64,000 bases of DNA. Source: Squalus acanthias. Taxonomy: Eukaryota. A model generated the notes under the pieces. It ran no database searches. It saw nothing but the letters and a program-made list of their open reading frames with translations, and was not told the origin of the DNA. Shown piece after piece: positions 50,460 to 63,633 of the stretch. Location: NCBI GenBank assembly GCA_030390025.1, contig CM059432.1, positions 140,246,001-140,310,000 of the forward strand, written 5' to 3'. The position numbers and the translations under genes were made by a program. Positions within the stretch are counted from its first letter, which is position 1. Each line of letters starts with the position of its first letter.

Positions 50460-52410
50460 AAGAACTTAAGAATTAGGAGCAGGAGTAGGCCATACGACCC
50501 CTCGAGCCTGCTCCACCATTCTTGGCTGATCTTCAACCTCAACTCCACTTTCCCGCCCGATCTCCATATCCTTTGATTCCCCTAGAGTCCAAAAATCTAT
50601 CTATCTCAGCCTTGAATATACTCAGTGATTCAGCATTCACAGCCCTCTGGGGCAGAGAATTCCAAAGATTCACAACCCTCTGAGTGAAGAAATTCCTCCT
50701 CATCTCAGTCTTAAATGGCTGACCCCCTTATCCTGAGACTATGCCCCCTAGTTCTAGACACTCCAGCCAGGGGAAACAACCTCTCAGCATCTACCCTGTC
50801 AATCCCCGTCAGAATCTTACATGTTTCAATGAGATCACCTCTCATTCTTCTAAACTCCAGAAAGTATAGACCCAATCTGCTCAATCTCTCCTCATAGGAC
50901 CATCCTCTCATCCCAGGGATCAATTTAGTGAACCTTCGTTGCACCGCCTCTAAGGCAAGTATATCCTTCCTCAGATAAGGAGACCAAAACTGTGCACAGT
51001 ACTCCAGGTGTGGTCTCATCAAAGCCCTGTACAATTGTAGTAAGACTTCCTTACTCTTGTACTCCAACCCCCTTGCAATAAAGGCCAAAATATCATTTGC
51101 CTTCCTAATTGCTTGCTGTACCTGCATGTTAACTTTCTGTGTTTCCTGTACAAGGACACCTAAATCTCTTTGAACACCAACATTTAATAGTTTCTGATCA
51201 TTTAAAAAATATTGGGCCAGAAATTCGGCCCTCCGGCTTCCCGCGGGTACAAGGATCGCGCGCTTACTTACCTACCGCGCCTGCCGTTGTGCTTTGGGCC
51301 CGCGTGGAATTCGGCTCCTGGGCCTCCTGCAGCTGCCGGCGCGCAGTGCTTGCGTATCCCAGGGGCACAGTTAGTTCGAAGCGTCCCCTGGGATCACGTG
51401 GGCCGTGGAGAACCAATCGGAGCAGGGAATCTCCATTCATAGATTTTGACAGGAAGACCTGTCAAATCTATGAATAGAGATCGGCCCCAAAACCTCACTT
51501 AAAACTTCAAATAAATTTTAAAAAAACATCACATTTTTAAAATAACTATAAATTACATAAATTAACTACTTTAAACAAAAATTTAAATTTTTGAAAAAAT
51601 TAATTACACTTTTTAACGGTGCTAAAAATAAACTTACCTTTCTTTAAAGTATGTAAAAAAGATAAACCTGTTGAAATTTTTTTTAAATTGTACTTAATTC
51701 ACCACTTACCTTGTTAAAAGCAGGCCTTGCGCCTCCTTTTTTCCCGCGCAGCTTCTCCGTACTTACCCTCACTCCAAATCCTGAAAAAAACCCCGAAGTT
51801 CGCTGCGTGCGCGCTGCCTCTCCGGCGCACGCGGTTGACCCTCGAACCCCTTCTTTCACGAGACCGGAAGTTCCGGTTTGCAGTGCATGCGCGAAACCGC
51901 CACTTCCGGTGGCCCTACGGGTGAGTACACAGCGCGTACTCGCCCGTGGAGACCCGAATTTCTGCGTTTTTCTATTCTTCCTCTCAAAGTGAATAATCTC
52001 CCATTTCCCCATACTATACTCCATCTGCCACCTTATTGTCCACTCATTTAACCGGTCTATATCCCTTTACAAGCTCTTTGTCTCCTCCTCATAGCTTACT
52101 TTCCCACCTAGCTTTGTATCATCAGCAAACTTGGATACATTGCACTCGGTCCCTTCATCTAAGTCATTAATATAGATTGTGAATAGCTGAGGCCCAAACA
52201 CTGATCCTTGCGGCACCCCACTAGTTACAGCCTGCCAACCAGAAAACGATCCGTTTATCCCTACTCTCTGTTTTCTGTCCGCTAACCAATCCTCTATCCA
52301 TGCTAATATATCAACCCCAACCCCATGAGCTCTAATCTTGCATAGCAACCTTTAATGTGGCACCTTATTTAATGCCATTTGGAAATCCAAATATACTACA
52401 TCCACTGATT
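50460..52410 (-). mobile_element. CR1 RT 3' fragment split by a MITE
   Basis: [15 protein letters not shown] and RPHLEYC ORFs. Confidence 0.85.
51214..51965. mobile_element. Harbinger-type MITE with an internal hairpin
   Basis: GGGCCAGAAATTCGG / CCGAATTTCTG termini; interrupts CR1. Confidence 0.7.
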
Positions 52411-52974
52411 CTGACTGAACTGTTCCATGTCGAGAACGGCCAACTCCGAGATTACGTTGATTCCATTTTGATTTTTCTTCACTGCCATTTATCCCTTCCC
52501 CGCTTTTCTCCTCTCCTCTTCCTGAAGGGTACTGACCAGTGATGGGTAAGGTTCAAGGGTTGCCAATTGCCCTGGCACCTTATCCACGTGGCCCATTCCT
52601 CACGGGTGAACCTGGACAGCAAGTATTGAAGAGGTGTCACAGCTGAGCCTGATTCTGACATCACCCAATGTCCATTCAAGGCCTCTTTCCACCAGGGGGC
52701 CGTTGGATAGTCATCTAGATTGGGAGAATGACTCTACTGTTGCCTGTGTCTGGAGTGCTGAGTTCAATTATAATTTCTAAAATATTCATTCTCCGGATAT
52801 GGGTGTCGCTGGCAAGGCCAGCATTTATTGCCCATCCCCTAGTTGCCCTCGAGAAGGTGGTGGTGAGCCGCCGCCTTGAACCGTTGCAGTCCGTGTGGTG
52901 AAAGTGCTCCCACAGTGCTGTTAGGGAGGGAGCTCCAGGATATTGACCCTGCGATGATGAAGGAATGGCGATAT

Positions 52975-53885
52975 ATTTCCACCACCAAACACTTCCTCCC
53001 CTCTCCTCCCCTTTCAGCATTCCGAAGGGACCGCTCCCTCCACAACACCCTGGTCCACTCCTCTATCACCCCCAACACCCCCTCCCCTTCCCACGGCACC
53101 TTCCCGTGCAAACGCAGGAGATGCAACACCTGCCCTTTTACCTCCTCTCTTCCCACTGTCCAGGGCCCCTGAAACAGCGATTTACTTGTACTTCTTGCAA
53201 TTTAGTATACTGTATTCGCTGCTCACGATGCGGTCTCCTCTACAATGGGGTGAACAAACACAGATTGGCTGACCGCTTAGCGGAACACCTCCATTCAGTC
53301 CGTAAGCGTGACCCCGAGCTTCCGGTCGCCTGTCACTTTAATTCCCCGCTCCACTCCCACTCTGACCTCTCCGTCCTCGGCCTCTTACACTGTTCCAATG
53401 AAGCTCAACGTAAGCTCGAGGAACAGCACCTCATCTTTCGATTAGGCACTTTACAGCCTTCTGGACTCAACATCGAGTTCAACAATTTCAGACTATAACC
53501 TCGACCCCTATTTTTTTCAGATGGCAGCTGTTGATGATTCTGCCATTTCCCATTTACACCTCATCTAGAGTCATCTTTTGTTTTTTTACTTGTCCCATTA
53601 CCATCTCCTTTTCCTTTGTACAGTCAGACCTTTTGTCATTTAATCTCTCCTGCCTTCCATCCTAGCACAGACCTTCCCTTTTGTTCTTTCCTCCCCTCCC
53701 CCCTCTCCCTGCCCCTACACTTGCTTAAAAATCTGTTCCATCTCCAACTTTTTCCAGTTCTGACGAAGGGCCATCGACCTGAAACGTTAACTCTGTTTCT
53801 CTCTCCACAGATGCTGCCTGACCGGCTGAGTGTCTCCAGCATTTTCTATTTTTATTTCAGATTTCCAGCATCTGCAGTATTTTGA
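52975..53885 (+). mobile_element. Penelope-like element 3' part (GIY-YIG endonuclease remnant, UTR, pseudo-LTR)
   Basis: C..C..CP, FTCTSCNLVYCIRCSRCGLLYNG..RL..EH..GLN motifs. Confidence 0.85.
53756..53792 (+). ncRNA. Minimal hammerhead ribozyme motif (family 2)
   Basis: AGUU-CUGACGA-AGGGCCAUCGACCU-GAA-ACGU-U-AACU. Confidence 0.8.
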
Positions 53886-54054
53886 TTGCTGCCATAAATA
53901 GAAGACAGTCACTAATAAATCCAATAGTGAATGCAGGAGAAGCATCTGTTCCTAGAGAGTGGTGAGAATGTGGAACTCGCTACCACAGGGAGTGGTTGAG
54001 GCGAATAGCAGAGATGCATTTAAGAGGAAGCTGGATACACACATGAGGGAGAAA

Positions 54055-54429
54055 TGTGAGAAGTCGCACAACACCAGGTTATAGTCCAACAGCTTTATTT
54101 GAAATCACAAGCTTTCGGAGCTGCTGCTCCTTCGTCAGGTGATGTAATGTTTTGCTGACTGACCTGTTTGGACACCATCCACACCTTTGATTGCTGTGAT
54201 TGTCTCTCTGCCGAGGTGTGATGAAGGGCAGTTAGAAAGATTAACTGTAATCGTCTGGCAGTGTTCTCTGACTATATATGCTGTGTCTATATGCATCTCT
54301 TCACTTCACCTGACGAAGGAGCAGCCGCTCCGAAAGCTTGTGATTTCAAATAAAGCTGTTGGACTATAACCTGGTGTTGTGCGACTTCTCACATTTGTCC
54401 ACCCCAGTCCAACACCGGCATCTCCGCAT
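54055..54429 (+). mobile_element. Short Penelope-like insertion with an inverted 5' pseudo-LTR, inside a CR1 tail
   Basis: TSD CATGAGGGAGAAA; hammerhead motifs at 54105-54142 (-) and 54306-54343 (+). Confidence 0.88.
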
Positions 54430-55119
54430 CATGAGGGAGAAAGGAATAGAAGGCTACGCTGTTAGGGTTCGATGAAGAGGGGTGGGAGGAGGCTCGTGTG
54501 GAGCATAAACACCGGCATAGAGCAGTTGGGCCGAATGGCCTGTTTCTGTGCTGTAAATTCTATTTAATTCCATGTATTTTAGGCGGGGGCCTCAGCCGCC
54601 CATGAAAGTTCCAGAAGCAATATGGCGGCACGCGGGAAGCAAGCGGGATTTTGGGACAGTGAGTCGGCCATATCGGAGGGAGTTAAACCAACATTTTTTT
54701 CTTCTCGGGGAACTGCGACCGTGGTTCTGTTACTTTCATTTATGTGACCTGGCAAAGCATCTGAGCTCCAGTCAGGAACACTTGGTGCAGATAAAGCGAT
54801 CCCAGATTATCGTTTCAAAGTGAGCCAGGAAAGTAGGAACCAAAGGATATAAATAAAAATTAGCAAAAGAGTAAATTCAAAACAGATATCGCGGGATCCA
54901 GCTCTGTGTTTCAAAGTGATAAATGTTCCGAGCGATCCAATGTAATAGCAACAACAAATGTTGCCACCAAGAGCCAAAGACCTTTCTTGCATCAATAACA
55001 TCAACTTGCATTTACATAGCGCCTTTAACATAGTAAAATGTCCCAAGGCGCTTCACAGGAGCGATTATCAAACAACATTTGACCTGATGTTCTTCATAAT
55101 CTCAAAGTAAAACTATTAA

Positions 55120-57420
55120 GAAAGAAAGACTCGCAATTCTACAGCGCCTTTCACCACCTCAGGACATCTCAAAGCGCTTCAGAGCGAATGAAGCACTTTT
55201 GAAGTGTAGTCACTGTGGTAATGGAGGAAACGCAGCAGCCAATTTGCACACAGCAAGCTCCCGCAAACAGCAATGTGATAATGACCAGATCATCTGTTTG
55301 AGTGATGTCATTTGAGGGATAAATATTGGCCAGGATACCCCGAACTCTTGTTCGAAATAATGTTAGAAGTCGCACAACACCAGGTTATAGTCCAACAGAT
55401 TTATTTAAAATTACAAGCTTTCGGAGCTGTTGCCCCTTCGTCAGGTAAAGGTACAATGAGGGAATCTACAGTATTACACAGCATATAAACACAGAAAGCA
55501 ATTTGTCTGCAGAGATACAATCTTTCAGGGAGGCATTACATCAAAGACACACCAGAGCACAGCCAAGACAAGAGATGGGTCACGGGGTCCAACGTGTCAA
55601 ATCCTGCCGTCTGCAGTTGAGCTTTTAACCTTTTTTTTTCTTTTTTTTTGGTTTGTTTTTTTTTGTGTTTTTTTTTAAAACTGGAAAGACAGACAACGAT
55701 GTCGAGTCACGTTCTGTAGCGTGACATGAACCCGATATCCCTATTGAGGCCGTCCTCATGGGTGCGGAACTTGGCTATCAGTTTCTGCTCAATGATTTTG
55801 CGTTGTCGTGTGTCTCGAAGGCCGCCTTGGAGAACGCTAACCCGCAGATCCAAGGCTGAATGTCCTTGACTGCTGAAGTGTTCCCCGACTGGGAGGTTAT
55901 AATCCTGCCTGACGATTGTTGCGCGGTGCTCGTTCATACGTTGTCTCAGTGTCTGCATGGTCTCGCCGGCATCCTTTCCTGCAACGTATCAGGTAGACAA
56001 CGTTGGCCGAGTCACATGAGTATGTACCATGTACCTGGTGGGTAGTGTCCTCACGTGTGATGATGGTATCTGTGTTGATGATCTGGCATGTCTTGCAGAG
56101 GTTGCCGTGGCAGGGTTGTGTGGTGTCGTGGTCGCTGTTCTCCTGACAGCTGGGTAATTTGCTACGAACGATGGTACTTTTGAGGTTAGGCGGCTGCTTG
56201 AAGGCGAGTAGTGGAGGCGTGGGGATGACCTTAGCAAGGTGTTCGTCGTCATCGATGACATGTTGAAGGCTGCGAAGAACATGGCATAGTTTCTCTGCTC
56301 CGGGGAAGTACTGGACGACGTAGGGTACTCTGTTGGTTGTGTCCCGTGTTCACCTTCTGAGGAGGTCTATGCGGTTTTTCGCTGTGGCCCGTCGGAACTG
56401 TCGATCGACGAGTCGAGCGTCATATCCCGTTCTTACGAGGGCGTCTTTCAATGTCCGTAGGTTTCCATCGCGTTCCTCCTCGTCTGAGCAGATCCTGTGT
56501 ATTCGCAGGGCTTGTCCATAGGGGATGGCTTCTTTAACGTGGTTAGGGTGGAAGCTGGAGAAGTGGAGCATCGTGAGGTTGTCCGTGGGCTTGCGGTAGA
56601 GTGAAGTGCTGAGGCGTCCGTCTTTGATGGAGATTCGTGTGTCCAAGAATGAAACCGATTCTGAGGAGTAGTCCATGGTGAGTTTGATGGTGGGATGGAA
56701 CCTGTTGATGCTATCGTGTAGTCCTTTCAGTGATCCTTCGCCGTGGGTCCAAAGGAAGAAGATGTCGTCGATGTATCTGGTGTACAGCGTTGGTTGGAGG
56801 TCCTGTGCAGCGAAGAAGTCTTGCTCGAACTTGTGCATGAAGATGTTGGCGTATTGGGGTGCGAATTTGGTCCCCATGGCTGTTCCGTGTGTTTGGGTAA
56901 AAAACTGGTTGTCGAAGGTGAAGACATTGTGGTCAAGGATGAAGCGGATGAGTTGTAGGATGGCGTCTGGAGATTGGCTGTTGTTGGTGTTGAGTACTGA
57001 GGCTGTCGCAGCGATGCCGTCATTGTGGGGGATATTGGTGTAGAGTGCCGATACGTCCATCGTGGCGAGGAGTGTTCCTGGTTCAACTGGTCCATGGGTG
57101 CTGAGTTTCTGCAAGAAGTCTGTAGTGTCGCGACAGAAGCTGGGGTTCCCTGTACGATGGGTTTCAGGATGCCCTCGACGTACCTCAACGTACCTCAAAA
57201 TAATGTTAAACCAAGGCCCTGTCTTACTTCTCAGTTGGATGGAATCTTTGAAAGGGCCTCATTTTAATGTCGCTTCTGAAAGACGGCATCTCCGACAGTG
57301 CAGCACTCCCTCAGTACTGCACTGGGAGTGTCAGCTTAGATTTTTGTGCTCAAATCCCTGGAGTGAGACTTGAACCCACAATCCTTCTGATTCAGAGAGG
57401 AGAGTGCTACCCACTGCGAC
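55120..57420 (-). mobile_element. Deu-domain SINE split by Penelope
   Basis: Tail at 55120-55365, head at 57198-57420. Confidence 0.75.
55366..57197 (-). mobile_element. 5'-truncated Penelope-like retroelement (RT plus GIY-YIG remnant)
   Basis: TMDVSALYTNIPH, GTAMG, RYIDDIF and YRKPT RT motifs; RQRMNEH..GLNRD endonuclease tail; TSD AAATAATGTTA; hammerhead at 55411-55448. Confidence 0.93.
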
Positions 57421-57616
57421 ACTGCTGACATCACAACAAAACACAGGACGGGAAAAGGATGAGTTTAAAAATATACTTTTATGTTTGACAAGCTTGGATT
57501 GGCCTTCGAGTTCGATAAGGCCAGAAATGCCTGATGCCAACAACAGCAGATGAACACTCAATAGAGCAGATTTCTGCTTTCATTTTAGTCAATAAACTTG
57601 GGGATGTGGATCTGCC

Positions 57617-60600
57617 TCCCGTTATACACCCGCTGTTATAAACCCTGCCTGTTATAAACCCTGCCTGTTATAAACCCTGCCCGTTATAAACCCTGCCCGT
57701 TATACACCCGGCCCGTTATACACCCCGCCCGTTATACACCCCGCCCGTTATACACCCCGCCCGTTATACACCCCGCCCGTTATACACCCCGCCCGTTATA
57801 CACCCCGCCCGTTATACACCCCGCCCGTTATACACCCCGCCCGTTATACACCCACTGTTATACACCCTGCCCGTTATACATCCTGCCCGTTATACACCCG
57901 CTGTTATACACCCGGCCCATTATACACCCGCCCGTTATACACCCGCCCGTTATAAACCCTGCCCGTTATAAACCCTGCCCGTTATAAACCCTGCCCGTTA
58001 TAAACCCTGCCCGTTATGCAACCCCGCCCGTTACGCACCCCCGCCCGTTACGCACCCCGCCGGTTACGCACCCCGCCGGTTACGCACCCAGCCCGCCCGT
58101 TATACACCCGCCCGTTATACACCCGCCCGTTATACACCCTGCCCGTTATACATCCTGCCCGTTATACACCCTGCCCGTTATACACCCTGCCCGTTATACA
58201 TCCTGCCCGTCATACACCCACTGTTATACACCCTGCCCGTTATAAACCCTGCCCGTTATACACCCCGCCCGTTATGCACCCCGCCCGTTATGCACCCCGC
58301 CCGTTATGCACCCCGCCCGTTACGCACCCCGCCGGTTACGCACCCCGCCGGTTACGCACCCCGCCGGTTACGCACCCCGCCGGTTACGCACCCCGCCGGT
58401 TACGCACCCCGCCCGTTACGCACCCCGCCCGTTACGCACCCCGCCCGTTACGCACCCAGCCCGCCCGTTATACACCCGCCCGTTATACACCCGCCCGTTA
58501 TACACCCGCCCGTTATACACCCCGACCGTTATTCACCCCGCCCGTTACACACCCGCCCGTTACACAACCTCCCGTTATACACCCCGACCGTTATTCACCC
58601 CGCCCGTTATACACCCGCCCGTTACACACCCGCCCGTTACACACCCGCCCGTTACACACCCGCCCGTTACACACCCGCCCGTTACACCCCCGCCCGTTAC
58701 ACCCGCCCGTTATACACCCGCCCGTTATACACCCCGCCGTTATACACCCCGCCCGTTATACACCCGCCCGTTATACACCCGCCCGTTACACACCCGCCCG
58801 TTACACACCCGCCCGTTATACACCCCGCCCGTTATACACCCGCCCGTTATACACCCGCCCGTTATACACCCGCCCGTTACACACCCGCCCGTTACACCCG
58901 CCCGTTACACCCCCGCCCGTTACACCCCCGCCCGTTACACCCCCGCCCGTTATACACCCCGCCCGTTATACACCCGCCCGTTATACACCCCGCCCGTTAT
59001 ACACCCGCCCGTTATACACCCGCCCGTTATACACCCGCCCGTTATACACTCCGCCCGTTATACACCCGCCCGTTATACACCCTGCCCGTTATACACCCCG
59101 CCCGTCATAGACCCCGCCCGTCATAGACCCCGTCCCTCATAGATCCCGCCCCTCATAGACCCCGCCCCTCATAGACCCCGCCCCTCATAGACCCCGCCCC
59201 TCATAGACCCCGCCCCTCATAGACCCCCGCCCGTTACACACCCGCCCGTTACACACCCCGCCCGTTACACACCCCGCCCGTTACAAACCCGCCCGTTACA
59301 CATCCGCCCGTTACACGCCCCGCCCGTTACACGCCCCGACCGTTACACGCCCCGCCCGTTCTCCACCCGCCCGTTATACACCCCGCCCGTTATACACCCC
59401 GCCCATAAAACACCCCGCCCGTTATACACCCCGCCCGTTATAGACCCCGCCCGTTATAGACCCCCGCCCGTTATAGACCCCGCCCGTTATAGACCCCGCC
59501 CCTTATAGACCCCGCCCCTTATAGACCCCGCCCCTTATAGACCCCGCCCCTTAGACCCCGCCTCTTATAGACCCCGCCCCTTATAGACCCCGCCCCCTAT
59601 AGACCCCGCCCCTTATAGACCCCGCCCCTTATAGACCCCGCCCCTTATAGACCCCGCCCGTTACACACCCGCCCGTTACACACCCGCCCGTTACACACCC
59701 GCCCGTAACACACCCGCCCGTAACACACCCGCCCGTTACACACCCCGCCCGTTACACACCCGCCCGTTACACACCCGCCCGTTACACACCCGCCCGTAAC
59801 ACACCCGCCCGTTACAGACCCGCCCGTTACAGACCCGCCCGTTACGCACCCGCCCGTTACGCACCCGCCCGTTACGCACCCGCCCGTTACGCACCCGCCC
59901 GTTACGCACCCGCCCGTTACGCACCCCGCCCGTTACACGCCCGCCCGTTACACGCCCCGACCGTTACACGCCCCGCCCGTTCTCCGCCCCGCCCGTTACA
60001 CACCCCGCCCGTTACACACCCCGCCCGTTACACACCAGCCCGTTACACACCCCGCCCGTTACACACCCGCCCGTTATACACCCCGCCCGTTATACACCCC
60101 GCCCGTTATACACCCGCCCGTTATACACCCGCCCGTTATACACCCGCCCGTTATACACCCGCCCGTTATACACCCGCCCGTTATACACCCGTCGGTTATA
60201 CACCCGTCAGTTATACACCCGTCCGTTATAGACCCCGCCCGTTATAGACCCCGCTCCTTATAGACCCCGCCCCTTATAGACCCCGCCCCTTATAGACCCC
60301 GCCCTTATAGACCCCGCCCCTTATAGACCCCGCCCCTTATAGACCCCGCCCCTTATAGACCCCGCCCCTTACACACCCCGCCCGTTACACACCCGCCCGT
60401 TACACACCCGCCCGTTACACACCCCGCCCGTTACACACCCGCCCGTTACACACCCGCCCGTTACACCACCCGCCCGTAACACACCCGCCCGTTACACACC
60501 CGCCCGTAACACACCCGCCCGTTACACACCCGCCCGTTACACACCCGCCCGTTACACACCCGCCCATTACACACCCGCCCGTTAGGCAGCCCGCCCGTTA

Positions 60601-62030
60601 TACGCCCGCCCATTATACGCCCCGACCGTTATACGCCCCGCCCGTTCTCCGCCCCGCCCGTTACACACCCCGCCCGTTACACACCCCGCCCGTTACACAC
60701 CCGCCCGTTACACACCCCGCCCGTTACACACCCGCCCGTTACACACCCGCCCGTTACACACCCCGCCCGTTATACACCCCGCCCGTTATACACCCGCCCG
60801 TTATACACCCGCCCGTTATGCACCCGTCGGTTATACACCCGTCGGTTATACACCCGCCCGTTATACACCCGCCCGTTATACACCCGCCCGTTATACACCC
60901 CGCCCGTTATACACCCCGCCCGTTATACACCCGTCGGTTATACACCCGCCGGTTATACACCCGCCGGTTATACACCCGCCCGTTATACACCCCGCCCGTT
61001 ATACACCCCGCCCGTTATACACCCCGCCCGTTATACACCCCGCCCGTTATACACCCCGCCCGTTATACACCCCGCCCGTTATACACCCCGCCCGTTATAC
61101 ACCCGCCCGTTATACACTTGCCCGTTATACACTTGCCCGTTATACACCCGCCCGTTATACACCCGCCCGTTATACACCCCGCCCGTTATACACCCGCCCG
61201 TTATACACCCCGCCCGTTATACACCCGTTCGTTATACACCCCGCCCGTTATACACCCGCCCGTTTGACACACCGCCCGTTATACACCCGCCCGTTATACA
61301 CCCGCCCGTTATACACCCAGCCCGTTATACACACCGCCCGTTATACACACCGCCCGTTATACACCCGCCCGTCATACACCCCCGCCCGTCATACACCCCG
61401 CCCGTCATACATCCCGCCCGTCATACACCCCGCCCGTCATAGACCCCGTCCCTCATAGACCCCGCCCCTCATAGACCCCGCCCCTCATAGACCCCGCCCC
61501 TCATAGACCCCGCCCCTCATAGACCCCGCCCCTCATAGACCCCGCCCGTTACACACCCGCCCGTTACACACCCGCCCGTTACACACCCCGCCCGTTACAC
61601 ACCCCGCCCGTTACACACCCCGCCCGTTACACACCCCGCCCGTTACAAACCCGTCCGTTACACATCCGCCCGTTACACGCCCCGCCCGTTACACGCCCCA
61701 CCCGTTACACGCCCCGACCGTTACACGCCCCGCCCGTTCTCCACCCGCCCGTTATACACCCCGCCCGTTATACACCCCGCCCGTCATACACCCCGCCCGT
61801 TATACACCCCGCCCATAAAACACCCGCCCGTTATACACCCGCCCGTTATACACCCCGCCCGTTATACACCCCGCCCCTTATAGACCCCGCCCCTTATAGA
61901 CCCCGCCCCTTATAGACCCCGCCCCTTATAGACCCCGCCCCTTATAGACCCCACCCCTTATAGACCCCGCCCCTTATAGACCCCGCCCCTTACAGACCCC
62001 GCCCGTTACACACCCGCCCGTTACACACCC
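57617..62030. repeat. 15-16-bp minisatellite (CCGCCCGTTATACAC and variants)
   Basis: Continuous array of about 4.4 kb running into the gap. Confidence 0.98.
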
Positions 62031-62530
62031 NNNNNNNNNNNNNNNNNNNNNNNNNNNNNNNNNNNNNNNNNNNNNNNNNNNNNNNNNNNNNNNNNNNNNN
62101 NNNNNNNNNNNNNNNNNNNNNNNNNNNNNNNNNNNNNNNNNNNNNNNNNNNNNNNNNNNNNNNNNNNNNNNNNNNNNNNNNNNNNNNNNNNNNNNNNNNN
62201 NNNNNNNNNNNNNNNNNNNNNNNNNNNNNNNNNNNNNNNNNNNNNNNNNNNNNNNNNNNNNNNNNNNNNNNNNNNNNNNNNNNNNNNNNNNNNNNNNNNN
62301 NNNNNNNNNNNNNNNNNNNNNNNNNNNNNNNNNNNNNNNNNNNNNNNNNNNNNNNNNNNNNNNNNNNNNNNNNNNNNNNNNNNNNNNNNNNNNNNNNNNN
62401 NNNNNNNNNNNNNNNNNNNNNNNNNNNNNNNNNNNNNNNNNNNNNNNNNNNNNNNNNNNNNNNNNNNNNNNNNNNNNNNNNNNNNNNNNNNNNNNNNNNN
62501 NNNNNNNNNNNNNNNNNNNNNNNNNNNNNN
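62031..62530. other. Assembly gap (500 N)
   Basis: Run of N. Confidence 1.
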
Positions 62531-63602
62531 GTGTGTGAGTGAGTGTGAGTGTGAGTGTGAGTGTGAGTGAGTGTGAGTGTGGGTGCGTGAGTGTGTGAGT
62601 GAGTGTGAGTGTGTGAGTGAGTGTGTGAGTGTGAGTGAGTGTGTGTGAGTGTGAGTGTGTGAGTGTGTGTGTGAGTGAGTGTGAGTGTGTGTGAGTGAGT
62701 GAGTGTGAGTGTGTGTGTGAGTGAGTGGGAGTGGGAGTGAGTGAGTGTGAGTGGGAGTGTGTGTGTGAGTGTGAGTGAGTGTGTGTGTGTGTGAGTGTGA
62801 GTGTGAGTGTATGTGTGAGCGTGAGTGTGAGCATGAGTGTGAGTGTGACTGCATGTGTGAGTGTGAGTGTGAGTGTATGTGAGTGAGTGTATGTGTGAGT
62901 GTGAGTGTGAGTGTGTGAGTGTGAGTGTATGTGTGAGTGTGATTGTGAGTGTGAGTGTATGTGTGAGTGTGTGTGTGAGTGTATGTGTGAGTGTGAGTGT
63001 GTGTGTGAGTGTGTGAGTGTGAGTGTGAGTGTGTGTGAGTGTGAGTGTGTGTGTGAGTGTGAGTGTGAGTAAGTGTGTGTGAGTGAGTGTGTGAGTGTGT
63101 GTGTGAGTGAGTGTGTGAGTGAGTGTGAGTGTATGTGTGAGTGTGAGTATGTGACTGTATGTGTGAGAGTGAGTGTGTGTGAGTAAGTGTGTGTGTGAGT
63201 GTGTGAGTGTGAGTGTGTGAGTGTGAGTGTGAGTAAGTGTGAGTGAGTGTGTGAGTGAGTGTGAGTGTGTGTGTGAGTGAGTGAGTGAGTATGAGTGAGT
63301 GTGAGTGTGAATGTGAGTAAGTGTGAGTGTGAGTGTGTGTGAGTGTGAGTGAGTGTGAGTGTGTGAGTGAGTGTGTGTGTGTGAATATGTACGTGAGTGT
63401 GAGTGTATGTGTGAGTGTGAGTGTGAGTGAGTGTGTGTGAGTGTGAGTGTATGTGTGAGTGTGTGTCTGAGTGTGAGTGAGAGTGAGTGTGTGTATGTGT
63501 GCGTGTGCAATTGTGTGAGTGTGTGTGAGTGTATGTGTGCGTGTGCACGTGTATGTGCGTGTGTGTGTGAGGGTGTGTGAGTGTGTGCGTGTGCACGTGT
63601 GT

Positions 63603-63633
<31 letters not shown>

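Noticed and set aside
58016..61458. Long Pro/Thr/Arg/Tyr-rich ORFs
   Set aside because: They are translations of the minisatellite and are open in all three frames
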